A stretch of DNA of 64,000 bases from Candidatus Omnitrophota bacterium (GTDB taxonomy: Bacteria; Omnitrophota; Gorgyraeia; Gorgyraeales; Gorgyraeaceae). The translations under genes and the position numbers were made by a program. Below are positions 1 to 9,160 of this stretch, one piece after another. Below the pieces are notes generated by a model. That model ran no database searches. It was not told where the DNA came from and was given only the letters and a program-made list of their open reading frames with translations. The stretch is taken from assembly GCA_030649895.1 (NCBI GenBank), contig JAUSEX010000031.1, positions 2,620-66,619 on the forward strand. Reading direction: 5' to 3'. Numbering within the stretch: position 1 is the stretch's first letter; the number at the start of each line of letters is the position of its first letter.

Positions 1-58
1 AAAAGAAAGATTAAAAGTATTAGAGCAGAAAAATTAAAAAAGAAAGGAAACGTAACGC

Positions 59-685
59 ATGTTTGAACTTATACAGAAAAGCGGGGCAATAATATATCCC
101 ATTATACTGTGTTCTATAATAGCTCTTGGCATAATCCTGGAGAGGCTTTATTATCTTCGTAAAATAAAGATAGACGCAGTAGCTTTTATGAACAATATAG
201 AAGCCGCTCTGAAGCGCAATAAAATCGCAGAGGCGGTGAAGATATGTGAAGATACTCCTGGCCCTATAGCGCGTATAATAAAAGCAGGGTTGTTTAAGCA
301 CGATAGGCCCAGGCAGGAAATAAGAGAGGCGATAGAAGACGCAGGCCATCAGGAGGTGCCAAGGCTTGAAAAATATATTAAAATTTTAGCCACTATAGCT
401 CATATATCCCCGCTTCTCGGGCTTCTTGGAACCGTTGCTGGGATGGCAAAGGCCTTTCAGGTTATCCAGATGAAAACAATAGCCCTTAACCCTGTGAATA
501 CAGCTGATCTGGCAGGCGGGGTGTGGCAGGCGCTTTTGACTACAGCCGCAGGCCTTATTGTAGCGATACCTGCAATAGTGGCTTATCATTATCTGGTTAG
601 CAAGGTTCAGGATTTCGTGCTTGAAATGGAACGCAGCGCAACAGAGCTGATAAATATAATGTCACAGAGGGTAGAGGGGTATTAA
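59..685 (+). CDS. exbB: MotA/TolQ/ExbB proton channel family protein
   Basis: Three TM segments, ISPLLGLLGTVAGM and ALLTTAAGLIVAIP motifs; followed by ExbD. Confidence 0.9.
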   Translation: MFELIQKSGAIIYPIILCSIIALGIILERLYYLRKIKIDAVAFMNNIEAALKRNKIAEAVKICEDTPGPIARIIKAGLFKHDRPRQEIREAIEDAGHQEVPRLEKYIKILATIAHISPLLGLLGTVAGMAKAFQVIQMKTIALNPVNTADLAGGVWQALLTTAAGLIVAIPAIVAYHYLVSKVQDFVLEMERSATELINIMSQRVEGY

Positions 686-1084
686 ATGAAATTTAAGCGC
701 AATATCTACATAGAAGACGCTCAACCGGATATGGTGCCTTTTGTAAACTGCGTTTTCCTGCTGTTAATGTTTTTTCTATTGACCTCAAATTTTATTTTTC
801 AATCAGGTATTAAGATAAGCCTTCCAAGGGTAGTGACAAGCGAGGTTTTACAAGAGAATACCGCTATAATCGTTATTACTCCTGATAACAGGTTTTATTT
901 AAATCAGACGCCCGTGACTTTAGTGGAGCTGAAAAGCAAGCTTGAAAAAATGTCCACCCTGGAGCCAATATTGATAAAGGCGGACAGAGACGTTACTTTA
1001 AACAAGGTAGTTAATATATGGGATTTTTGCAGGGGCATTGGCATAAAGCAGGTTAACATAGCCACCAATCAGGAGGTAGAGTAG
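686..1084 (+). CDS. exbD: Biopolymer transporter ExbD/TolR
   Basis: MVPFVNCVFLLLMFF TM motif (usual Asp is Asn), ISLP, ILIKADR. Confidence 0.88.
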   Translation: MKFKRNIYIEDAQPDMVPFVNCVFLLLMFFLLTSNFIFQSGIKISLPRVVTSEVLQENTAIIVITPDNRFYLNQTPVTLVELKSKLEKMSTLEPILIKADRDVTLNKVVNIWDFCRGIGIKQVNIATNQEVE

Positions 1085-1152
1085 TATCTTTATAACAAAA
1101 TAAAGTTGTAAGCTATAAGTCGTTCTTACAGCTTACAACTTACAGCTTAAAA

Positions 1153-1782
1153 ATGCAGTTACTTAAAGACCGCAATCTAAATAGCGCAATATTAATTTCA
1201 GTTTTATGGCATTTTTTATTGATAGCTTCAGTCAACCCGGTATTTAAAACCGGTCATATGATGGAGCATGATACTTCAATATCATTTCTTGGGAGCATTC
1301 TTGAGCGGGTTGTCCCGGGAGAAGAAAAGCCTCTTATGCCTGGTTATGTCCCAAAAGAAAATAAGATGTATAAATCAGGATTAGACGAAGCGGATTTTAT
1401 CAATATGCGTCCGGAAAAGATAGAGGTTCTTTATTTACCAGATATTCGAAGTTTTTTGAGTTTAAACGTGTTTCACAAAAAAGAAGCAGCCAGGGTTGAT
1501 TTTGCGGATTTTTTTATTAAAGGAGAAGCTAGGGACAGGGTGATTATGTATAAACCTGACCTTAATAAAGTTACGGTTTTGCCTTCGGATTTTAATTCAG
1601 ATTTCAGCGCGAATGTTAAATTTAAAATATCAAAAGAAGGGTTTGTTAAATATGTAGAATGCATTACATCAAGTGGTTTTCCTGAAATAGACCAGGCAGC
1701 TATAAGGTACATAAGGAAATGGCAGTTTGTTCCTAATCCAAAAGATGACCAGGAGGGGATTGTGCGGGTTAGTTTTAAATAA
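1153..1782 (+). CDS. Energy transducer TonB family protein
   Basis: N-terminal TM with SVLWH (SxxxH) and TonB_C-like SSGFPEIDQAAIRYIRKWQFVP. Confidence 0.8.
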   Translation: MQLLKDRNLNSAILISVLWHFLLIASVNPVFKTGHMMEHDTSISFLGSILERVVPGEEKPLMPGYVPKENKMYKSGLDEADFINMRPEKIEVLYLPDIRSFLSLNVFHKKEAARVDFADFFIKGEARDRVIMYKPDLNKVTVLPSDFNSDFSANVKFKISKEGFVKYVECITSSGFPEIDQAAIRYIRKWQFVPNPKDDQEGIVRVSFK

Positions 1783-2036
1783 TGTTAAAGATAGAGTTTT
1801 CTGCCGCAATCGCATGGTATCTTATTTTAACAACGTGCCTTGTATTGCTGGTCCTTGTATTTGAAAATAGGAAAGGGCCGAAGCAGTTTTCTTCCGAAAA
1901 AAGTTTTTTATGGCAATGTTCTATATGTACTTACGTATATATAGATAGCAGGCATGCTAACATATCTCAGTGTTCGCGATGCGGGAGTTACAATAAAAAA
2001 GAAGAGGTAGAGAAAGGAGGAAGTGCTTATGCCTGA
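1782..2036 (+). CDS. Small membrane-anchored zinc-ribbon protein
   Basis: N-terminal TM helix then CSIC...CSRC; start overlaps tonB stop. Confidence 0.7.
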   Translation: MLKIEFSAAIAWYLILTTCLVLLVLVFENRKGPKQFSSEKSFLWQCSICTYVYIDSRHANISQCSRCGSYNKKEEVEKGGSAYA

Positions 2037-2298
2037 TGAAAAGATAGTAAATGAAGAAGAAAAGCTGCCTATAGCCCCGCCATTAAAAGTACTGGATTAC
2101 AGGACTATCAGCAGGGGTTTCGGGTGGTGGTCGGCAGTAGTCCTGGTTGAATCATGGGGCAATAAACGCCTATGTATGTATTTATGGCAGAAGTCAGATA
2201 ATGGCTGGAAAAGAAAGCAAAAATATACAATACATAGCCAGGAGCGTTGGCAGCTGATATCCGGAGCAGTTGAAAAATTAGTAGGAGAATTGCAATAA
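2029..2298 (+). CDS. Hypothetical Trp/Lys-rich small protein
   Basis: AAGGAGG SD upstream of ATG 2029; overlaps previous stop. Confidence 0.65.
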   Translation: MPDEKIVNEEEKLPIAPPLKVLDYRTISRGFGWWSAVVLVESWGNKRLCMYLWQKSDNGWKRKQKYTIHSQERWQLISGAVEKLVGELQ

Positions 2299-2396
2299 AG
2301 GCGAAGGCCGAGAATAGGCACGGCTCATAAAGACCTTTGTGACAATATTGCAGGACAGAGACTTTAGTCTGCCAAAAACAATGTTAAAGGTATAAT

Positions 2397-2759
2397 ATGA
2401 AAACACATAATAATAAAGGCATAGCTATTTTTATAACCTTAGCGCTATTATTTTTGCTGTCTTTAATCGTCACGGCAGTCTTGTTAACAGCGTATAATTA
2501 TGCCAATATAAGCGCAGGCCAGATAAACAGGCTGAAAGCCCTAAAACTTGCAGAATCAGGCGTTAACTACGCTTATTGGAAAATCAGGATTGGCAAAGAC
2601 GATGCAGGCGATGATATAACTTATCCGTGCACGTTGAATCCGGATCCGTCTAATCCATCTCTGGTTCCAGCCGGCTGGACTCTTAATGTAGATGTTACAA
2701 ACGATAACCCGCGCAGGATTCAATCGAGAGTTACATACCCTAAATCTGGGGCGCTATAA
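2397..2759 (+). CDS. PilX/GspK-like minor pilin
   Basis: KG|IAIFITL prepilin-like leader without Glu5, ALKLAESGVNYA PilX_N motif. Confidence 0.8.
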   Translation: MKTHNNKGIAIFITLALLFLLSLIVTAVLLTAYNYANISAGQINRLKALKLAESGVNYAYWKIRIGKDDAGDDITYPCTLNPDPSNPSLVPAGWTLNVDVTNDNPRRIQSRVTYPKSGAL

Positions 2760-2905
2760 TTTTATAAGTATCTGTATTTAAATATGTTAAGGAAAAACAA
2801 CAGAAACTTGGATGTTTTTTCTTATTTTTTTTATTCTGCGATTATTTTTCCATAACTCATTTGTTTTAAATGAGTTGCTTCAGCCTTCAGCCTTCAGCTC
2901 GTTAC

Positions 2906-2934
2906 TTGACAAAGTAAGTTCTTTATGGTATATT
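2906..2934 (+). promoter_or_regulatory. Sigma70-type promoter of HTH-pilMNOPQ operon
   Basis: TTGACA-17 bp-TATATT with extended -10 TG. Confidence 0.65.
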
Positions 2935-2979
2935 TTGTTCCACCTATAAAATAGGTAAATCTATTAGGAGGTGTTATAG

Positions 2980-3162
2980 ATGTCAAGACTTATGGATACA
3001 GATGAATTAGCCAGATACCTCAAGCTGGAGAAGCAGACTATCTACAATTGGCTTCATCAAAAAAAGATTTCAGGCATAAAGGTAGGCCATGTCTGGAGAT
3101 TTGATAAGAAGTCAGTTGATGAATGGTTGAATTCTCAGATGGTAGAAGCTAAAGCTAAGTAG
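2980..3162 (+). CDS. Excisionase-like/HTH_17 DNA-binding protein
   Basis: LMDTDELARYLKLEKQTIYNW...KVGHVWRF pattern; AGGAGG SD. Confidence 0.88.
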   Translation: MSRLMDTDELARYLKLEKQTIYNWLHQKKISGIKVGHVWRFDKKSVDEWLNSQMVEAKAK

Positions 3163-3187
3163 GAAACGGTTTAAAACCGTTTCCTAC
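3159..3187. repeat. GTAG-type REP-like perfect palindrome
   Basis: GTAGGAAACGGTTT-A-AAACCGTTTCCTAC, 14 bp arms. Confidence 0.7.
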
Positions 3188-3207
3188 AACGTAGTAAGGT
3201 TTTTATA

Positions 3208-4833
3208 ATGAATAAAAATATATTATCTATCATTAATCCTAAAAAGGTCGTTGGCTTGTATATCAGCCATGATACTGTAGACCTTGTTGTGCTTAAATCA
3301 AGCATTGGAGGCCCTAAGCTTATAAAGTTCGGTCAGGCGGCTATATATCCGGCGAAGGCTGAGCATGGCGGAGAAATTATACCCGAGGCTCAGGCATCCT
3401 GCTCTACTCTTTCTCAACCCTCTTCCGAAACGCCCAATAAAACTGGAACCAGAGAAGAGTATGTTATAAGAGCAATAAAAAAGGTTCTTTTGGAAAACGA
3501 CGAGAAGCCTGGAAATATAGTTACAGCTATTCCAAGCGAAGAGGCCATGGTCCGCTATTTTCAAATGCCTAAAATCCCGAAGCAAGAAAGAGCGGTTGCC
3601 GTTAATTTTGAAGCAAAACGATATATACCTTTTCGCGTGGAAGATGTTGTTTCTGATTTTCAAGTGTTACCAAGCAAGGCTGTGCAGAATGCGATGGATG
3701 TAGTGTTTGTGGCAGTTAAAAAAGATACCCTGGAACAGTATTTAAATATTTTTAATACAGCGGGGCTTAATCCTGTTATCATAGAATCCGCGCCTTTTAG
3801 TTTAATGAGGGCATTTAACGCAGCCCAGCAAATAGACCCCAAAGTCAATACCGCAATAGTTAGCGTAGACAGCAATGCCCTTAACATCAATATTCTCAGG
3901 AGCGGGGTACCGTACATAATAAGAGATATACCTATATTTGATATGGAAACCGAGGGCAAATCATTAGAGCCTATATTTGAAAAGATGCTGGCAGAGATAA
4001 AGCTATCTTTTGATTTTTATGAAAAACAATTTCCGAGCGAAGTTATAGATAAAATAATTATATACAGTAAATTGCCTCTGGAAAATTGGCATGAAATAGT
4101 AGGCAAAGAATTGCAGATACCCGTAGAGGTGGGGGACCCTTTAAGAGGAATAAAGATAGCATCAGGGGTTGTACCTGCGAGGGTAGCTATATGTTTCGGG
4201 ATAGCGCTCAGAGGCCTGGCAGAGCCTTTTATTGACATAAATCTAGGCAAAGAAAAACTGCTTGTTTATAAAAAGAAGGAGTTTTTCTTAAGGGTAATAC
4301 TTCTAGGGGCTTCTCTGGCCGTATTTTTATTGATAGTATTCAAGATTCTTGCAACAAGGGCTATGGTGCCTCTTATTAACGAATTAGATAAGACATTATC
4401 CGAAAGGCCGAAGGTGGAGGTGAATATAAAGAGTGATAATATAGCTGATCTCGAAAAAATAAAAAATGAGATGGAAGCAAAAAAAAATATCATGGAAGAT
4501 CTGATATCCAGCCGGACTTATTTGACTCCTAGGTTGCAGGATATTGTAAAAATAATGTCTAAGGATATGTGGCTCTCTGAAATAAGTTTTGAAGAGAAAA
4601 TAGATAAAAAAAATACTTCCAGGACTACCAGATTCCTTAATATAAGAGGTTATTGTATTACAAGCGATAAGATCGGCGAAAAAGCCGATAGCGTGAATAT
4701 CTTTCTGGGTAAACTAAAAGAATCAAAAGGCGTTAATAATGGAATGCCCAAGGCTGATATTATATCTGTTAAAAAGATGGATATGGAAGATAAAAAGGTT
4801 TCTAGTTTTGAAATAGTATTAACAGGGCCATGA
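3208..4833 (+). CDS. pilM: Type IV pilus assembly protein PilM fused to PilN
   Basis: Actin-like PilM (FEAKRYIPF, VVFVAVKK, AICFGIALRG) then PilN signature DINL + TM + coiled coil + MWLSEISF. Confidence 0.85.
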   Translation: MNKNILSIINPKKVVGLYISHDTVDLVVLKSSIGGPKLIKFGQAAIYPAKAEHGGEIIPEAQASCSTLSQPSSETPNKTGTREEYVIRAIKKVLLENDEKPGNIVTAIPSEEAMVRYFQMPKIPKQERAVAVNFEAKRYIPFRVEDVVSDFQVLPSKAVQNAMDVVFVAVKKDTLEQYLNIFNTAGLNPVIIESAPFSLMRAFNAAQQIDPKVNTAIVSVDSNALNINILRSGVPYIIRDIPIFDMETEGKSLEPIFEKMLAEIKLSFDFYEKQFPSEVIDKIIIYSKLPLENWHEIVGKELQIPVEVGDPLRGIKIASGVVPARVAICFGIALRGLAEPFIDINLGKEKLLVYKKKEFFLRVILLGASLAVFLLIVFKILATRAMVPLINELDKTLSERPKVEVNIKSDNIADLEKIKNEMEAKKNIMEDLISSRTYLTPRLQDIVKIMSKDMWLSEISFEEKIDKKNTSRTTRFLNIRGYCITSDKIGEKADSVNIFLGKLKESKGVNNGMPKADIISVKKMDMEDKKVSSFEIVLTGP

Positions 4834-5390
4834 GCATGAAAACAAAAAAAATAGAAAAAAATACCGTTAATAAACTTTATATAGCTATGGCTGTTATTAT
4901 AGTCCTGACGCTAATCACAGGAATTCTTTTTATTTACACGCCTTTTGCAAGTAAAAATAAATCCCTGAGGGCCGATATATTAAAAGAAAGGGATAAAAAT
5001 GTTCTGATAGGCAGGATAAGGGCCCTGAGTAAATATATAAAGATATATGATAAAAAGATTCCAGAGGGCGGAAGCGTTTCATGGCTTTTAGGCGAGGTTT
5101 CAAATATTGCTTCAAGCGAACAAGTAGAGGTGTCTTCTATAAAGCCCGGGAATCCGGAAGGTTACGGGTTGTATACGAAACTATCTGTGGCAGTTGACTT
5201 AATTTCTACGTATAGTCAGCTTGGAAACTTTGTTTCCAGGATAGAATCTTCAGAAAAGTTTCTCAAGATAGAAAGTATTAATATAAAGAGGATGGATCTT
5301 GACGGGAAACCTGAAAAAAGTTCAGACAGATTTAAGGCATTTGACGTAAAGGTAAATATTGTTATAAGCACTATTGTGCAGAAGGAATAG
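4830..5390 (+). CDS. pilO: Type IV pilus assembly protein PilO
   Basis: TM, coiled coil, KKIP, TYSQLGNFVSRIE motif; position. Confidence 0.85.
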   Translation: MSMKTKKIEKNTVNKLYIAMAVIIVLTLITGILFIYTPFASKNKSLRADILKERDKNVLIGRIRALSKYIKIYDKKIPEGGSVSWLLGEVSNIASSEQVEVSSIKPGNPEGYGLYTKLSVAVDLISTYSQLGNFVSRIESSEKFLKIESINIKRMDLDGKPEKSSDRFKAFDVKVNIVISTIVQKE

Positions 5391-5393
5391 TTT

Positions 5394-5882
5394 ATGGCAG
5401 AGACAACGCCCAAAAAACAGCATATCATAGAATATGTAGCAATAGGGGCGCTGGTTCTGGTGGCCCTTATTATAGGTATGTCCAGATTTAAAAAGGGAGA
5501 TGTCGATGATGAAGTTTTTTCAAGAAAGGAATTTACAAAGAAATGGAAAGAGGTGGAAATATTCGAAGCCAAGCTTCCAAAGAATGAAAAAACGGTAACT
5601 TTTACTCCGGAAGGAGAAATGCTCCCTTTTAAAAGCCCTTTTGATAATGTAGAGGAGAGCAGGCAAGCGGAGGGAGAAAATGTGGTTCTCCCTGAGATGA
5701 AATATCAGGGTATGATTTGGAAAAGCTCTCGGCCTCAGGCGATCATAAATAATAAGGTATATGATATAAAAGATATTATTAACGTAGATAAAGACGGAGA
5801 AGGTATCGAGGTCAAGGATATAAATAAAGACGGTATTCATTTAATATACAAAGGAAAGGAATTTATCGTAAGGCCGAAATAA
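5394..5882 (+). CDS. PilP/GspC-like pilus assembly protein
   Basis: TM anchor, PF motif, YQGMIW..RPQAIINNKVYDIKD; between pilO and secretin. Confidence 0.7.
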   Translation: MAETTPKKQHIIEYVAIGALVLVALIIGMSRFKKGDVDDEVFSRKEFTKKWKEVEIFEAKLPKNEKTVTFTPEGEMLPFKSPFDNVEESRQAEGENVVLPEMKYQGMIWKSSRPQAIINNKVYDIKDIINVDKDGEGIEVKDINKDGIHLIYKGKEFIVRPK

Positions 5883-5970
5883 CCGCGGAACTACGCAGAA
5901 ACTGGCTTTTGGTCAGACGCGGAACAGCGCTGAAACTTATATATAATTTCAGCGATAAATATGGGAGGTT

Positions 5971-7368
5971 ATGATGAAAGCAATCAGAGTAATTACCGCT
6001 ATTATATTTACTATTTTTAGTTCAGTTCCGTTTTCGTTTGCCGCTGATATGCACACTAAAGACATGTCCCCAGGTAAAATCAGCCTGATATCTATGGATT
6101 TTCAGGACGCAAACCTCAAGACGGTATTGAAGATTTTTTCCCAGCAGTCCGGACTTAATTTTATTGCCAGCCAGAATGTCCAGGAAAGGACTGTCACTGT
6201 TTATTTTGATAATGTCAAGATAGAAGACGCCCTGAATTATATAATGAATGCCAACAATCTGATTTACGAACAAGAATCAGGGTCCAATATATTCATAGTT
6301 AAAGAGACGGGAAAACCAGAGATAGAGACTATTACAAAAATATATGAATTAAAATATGCTCAATTGAGCGCGCCTGCTAAGTCTTCTGAAGGAGTATCTC
6401 AGGATGCAGAAATAGTTTCTATTATTCAGAACATACTTTCTTCGAATGGAAAAGTGGTGGCTGATAAGAGATCCAACAGCCTTATCATAAAAGATGTGCC
6501 AAGTCAATTCCCCATGGTAGAAGATTTATTGGCAAGATTGGATATAAGGACTCCTCAGGTAATGATAAAGGTAGAAATCCTGGAAACTACTACAAAGGCA
6601 GTAGAAAATCTTGGAATAAATTGGAGCGGCTCATTCGGGCAGTATGCGGGGCCTATCCATAATACTATATTTCCTATGAATAACTCTCTAGGGGAGAATA
6701 ATTCAAGCGGAGAAGGGATTTCAGCCACAGGCACTTTTAGTATGTCAGGCGTGACTGCTGTTATATCCGCATTGTTAAACAACACTGATACAAAGCTTCT
6801 CGCCAGGCCTCAAGTCATGGCTATGAATAATGAAACAGCGAAAATAGAGCTTTCTTCCAAAGAGAAATCCAATGTGACAAATCAAGCTCAAACTGTAAAT
6901 AGCGTGACTACTACAGGTAATACGTATGAGGAAAGCGATACAGGAGTTATCTTGGAAGTCACGCCGCAAATCAGTAAAGATGGTTATATTACAATGAATT
7001 TAAAGCCCAGTTTCGCTGAATTAGAGCTTTCCAGATTTACAGGCGCATATGATACCCATACAAGAGCTACAGAGACTACAGTTATGGTTAAAGACGGAGA
7101 AACGGTTGTTATCGGGGGCCTTATTAAATCTAAGCATGAAGGCGGCGTTAAAAAAGTGCCATTTTTTGGAGATATACCTATTTTAGGAGCTGCATTTCGT
7201 TATAAATCTAAAGATAATTCCGATAGAGAGCTTGTAATATTTATTACGCCTAATATTATTAAAGATACTTCGTATGCGCTTGGGAATATCTCCGAGAGAG
7301 AGCAGGAAAGGCCAAAGGCAATAAGAGAGAAAGAGGTTAATACGGTGTTGGATTTGTTTGGGGGATAA
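5971..7368 (+). CDS. pilQ: Secretin PilQ/GspD
   Basis: Signal peptide, ISMDFQDA, DKRSNSLII, VKDGETVVIGGL, VPFFGDIPILGAAFR, ELVIFITPNII. Confidence 0.93.
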   Translation: MMKAIRVITAIIFTIFSSVPFSFAADMHTKDMSPGKISLISMDFQDANLKTVLKIFSQQSGLNFIASQNVQERTVTVYFDNVKIEDALNYIMNANNLIYEQESGSNIFIVKETGKPEIETITKIYELKYAQLSAPAKSSEGVSQDAEIVSIIQNILSSNGKVVADKRSNSLIIKDVPSQFPMVEDLLARLDIRTPQVMIKVEILETTTKAVENLGINWSGSFGQYAGPIHNTIFPMNNSLGENNSSGEGISATGTFSMSGVTAVISALLNNTDTKLLARPQVMAMNNETAKIELSSKEKSNVTNQAQTVNSVTTTGNTYEESDTGVILEVTPQISKDGYITMNLKPSFAELELSRFTGAYDTHTRATETTVMVKDGETVVIGGLIKSKHEGGVKKVPFFGDIPILGAAFRYKSKDNSDRELVIFITPNIIKDTSYALGNISEREQERPKAIREKEVNTVLDLFGG

Positions 7369-7392
7369 TTAAATAAACGGGTTACATGTAAG

Positions 7393-9102
7393 ATGAAAAA
7401 ATCCAGAGAAAAATTAGGTCATATGCTATTAAAGGAAGGCCTTATCACGGAAGAGCAGTTGGAAAAGGCTATTGATGTCCAGAAAAAAGAAGGGAAAAGA
7501 CTGGGAGAAACTTTAATAAACCTTGGGATTGTCACAGAAAAAGATATTGTGATCGCAATGGCAAAACAGCTGTCAATTCCCTATGCCTCTTACGCAAAAG
7601 GCCTTTTGAGGCCTGCAGAAAACCAGGATCTTGCAAAATTAGTGCCTGAAGATTATGCCCGCAGAAATATGCTTATTCCTATTTCCAGGCATGCGAATTC
7701 TCTCACAGTGGCCTTTATGGATCCATTGGACCTCATTACCATGGACAATTTAAAACGCATGACAAACTGCGATATAAATCCTATCATCGCCACTAGAACA
7801 GATCTTCAGCGATCTATAGATGAATTTTACGGGAGAGAGGATCTTTTAAAAGATGCTATTAGCGATTCATATGAATTAGAAGAGTTTAAACTGGAGAAAG
7901 ACGCGGAAGAAGATTTGAGCTTAGATGATCTTATTGCAAGGGCGGAAGAGGCGCCTGTTATAAAACTCGTAGATCTTATATTGATGCAGGCTATAAAAGA
8001 CAGGGTCAGCGATATACATATAGAACCTTTTAAAGATAAGATTAATATACGATATAGGATAGACGGAATCCTGTATGAGATACCTCCTCCGGCAAAGCAT
8101 CTATTGCCTGCAATAGTTTCCAGGATAAAGATACTTTCAAATCTGGATATAGCGGAACGCAGGCTTCCGCAGGATGGCGTATTTTTTGTAAAAGTAAATA
8201 ACAAGGGCATAGATATACGCGTATCGACTATTCCAGCTATATTTGGCGAGAAAGTAGTGCTCAGGATACTTGATAAATCTGCTACGCCTCTTAACCTGGG
8301 AGACCTTGGTTTTGATCCTGAAGAGCTTGAAAAATTTAGAAGGGCTATTAACAGTCCTCACGGCTTAGTTTTAATTACGGGCCCCACAGGGAGCGGCAAA
8401 ACCACAACCCTATATGCAGCGCTAAATGAAATAAAAAGTCCGCGTAAAAATATCTCAACAGTAGAAGACCCTGTAGAGTATAAACTAGAAGGCATAAACC
8501 AGGTTCAAATAAAACCTAGCATAGGTTTTACATTTGCAGGGGCGCTAAGGGCATTTTTGAGGCAAGACCCTGATATTATAATGGTAGGAGAGGTAAGGGA
8601 TCTGGAAACGGCTCAGATATGCATAAGGGCTTCTCTCACTGGGCATCTTGTTTTAAGCACTCTTCATACTAATGATGCGCCAAGCGCCATAGCCAGGCTG
8701 ATAGATATAGGCCTTGAGCCCTACCTGATAAGCTCTTCGTTGATTATGGTGGGGGCTCAAAGGCTCATCAGGAGGCTATGTCCGGAATGCAAGGAGGCTT
8801 ATGAGACAACGCCTGCGTTAATCAAGGACTTGGGCATAAAACAAGAGCTTTTGTATAAACCTAAGGGTTGCGATTATTGCAGCCATACTGGTTATAGGGG
8901 CAGGATAGCTATTTACGAAATGATATTAATAGATGATAAATTAAGAGAATTGATTTCAAGAGGGGCTTCGCTGGGAGAGATTAAAAATAGGATAAAAGAG
9001 CTTGGTTTAAAAACTCTTATTAAGAGCGGGCTGAAAAAAGCAGAAGAAGGCATGACAAGCGTTGAAGAGGTGCTTAGCGTAACGTTGGTTGCGGGAGAAT
9101 AA
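7393..9102 (+). CDS. pilB: Type IV pilus assembly ATPase PilB/GspE with N-terminal MshEN domain
   Basis: GPTGSGKTT, LRQDPDIIMVGEVRD, TGHLVLSTLHTN, CPEC/CDYC Zn motif. Confidence 0.95.
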   Translation: MKKSREKLGHMLLKEGLITEEQLEKAIDVQKKEGKRLGETLINLGIVTEKDIVIAMAKQLSIPYASYAKGLLRPAENQDLAKLVPEDYARRNMLIPISRHANSLTVAFMDPLDLITMDNLKRMTNCDINPIIATRTDLQRSIDEFYGREDLLKDAISDSYELEEFKLEKDAEEDLSLDDLIARAEEAPVIKLVDLILMQAIKDRVSDIHIEPFKDKINIRYRIDGILYEIPPPAKHLLPAIVSRIKILSNLDIAERRLPQDGVFFVKVNNKGIDIRVSTIPAIFGEKVVLRILDKSATPLNLGDLGFDPEELEKFRRAINSPHGLVLITGPTGSGKTTTLYAALNEIKSPRKNISTVEDPVEYKLEGINQVQIKPSIGFTFAGALRAFLRQDPDIIMVGEVRDLETAQICIRASLTGHLVLSTLHTNDAPSAIARLIDIGLEPYLISSSLIMVGAQRLIRRLCPECKEAYETTPALIKDLGIKQELLYKPKGCDYCSHTGYRGRIAIYEMILIDDKLRELISRGASLGEIKNRIKELGLKTLIKSGLKKAEEGMTSVEEVLSVTLVAGE

Positions 9103-9160
9103 CAATCAGCGTAAAATATATTCAATGAATAGCAAAGGAGCTGAAGGCGGAGGGTGAGAT

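Noticed and set aside
2980-3162. Prophage excisionase
   Set aside because: No integrase, att site or phage genes nearby.
5881-5960. Short CGC(G/A/T)GAAA-type repeats before the secretin gene as a regulatory site
   Set aside because: Degenerate low-copy repeat with a small hairpin; no function supportable.
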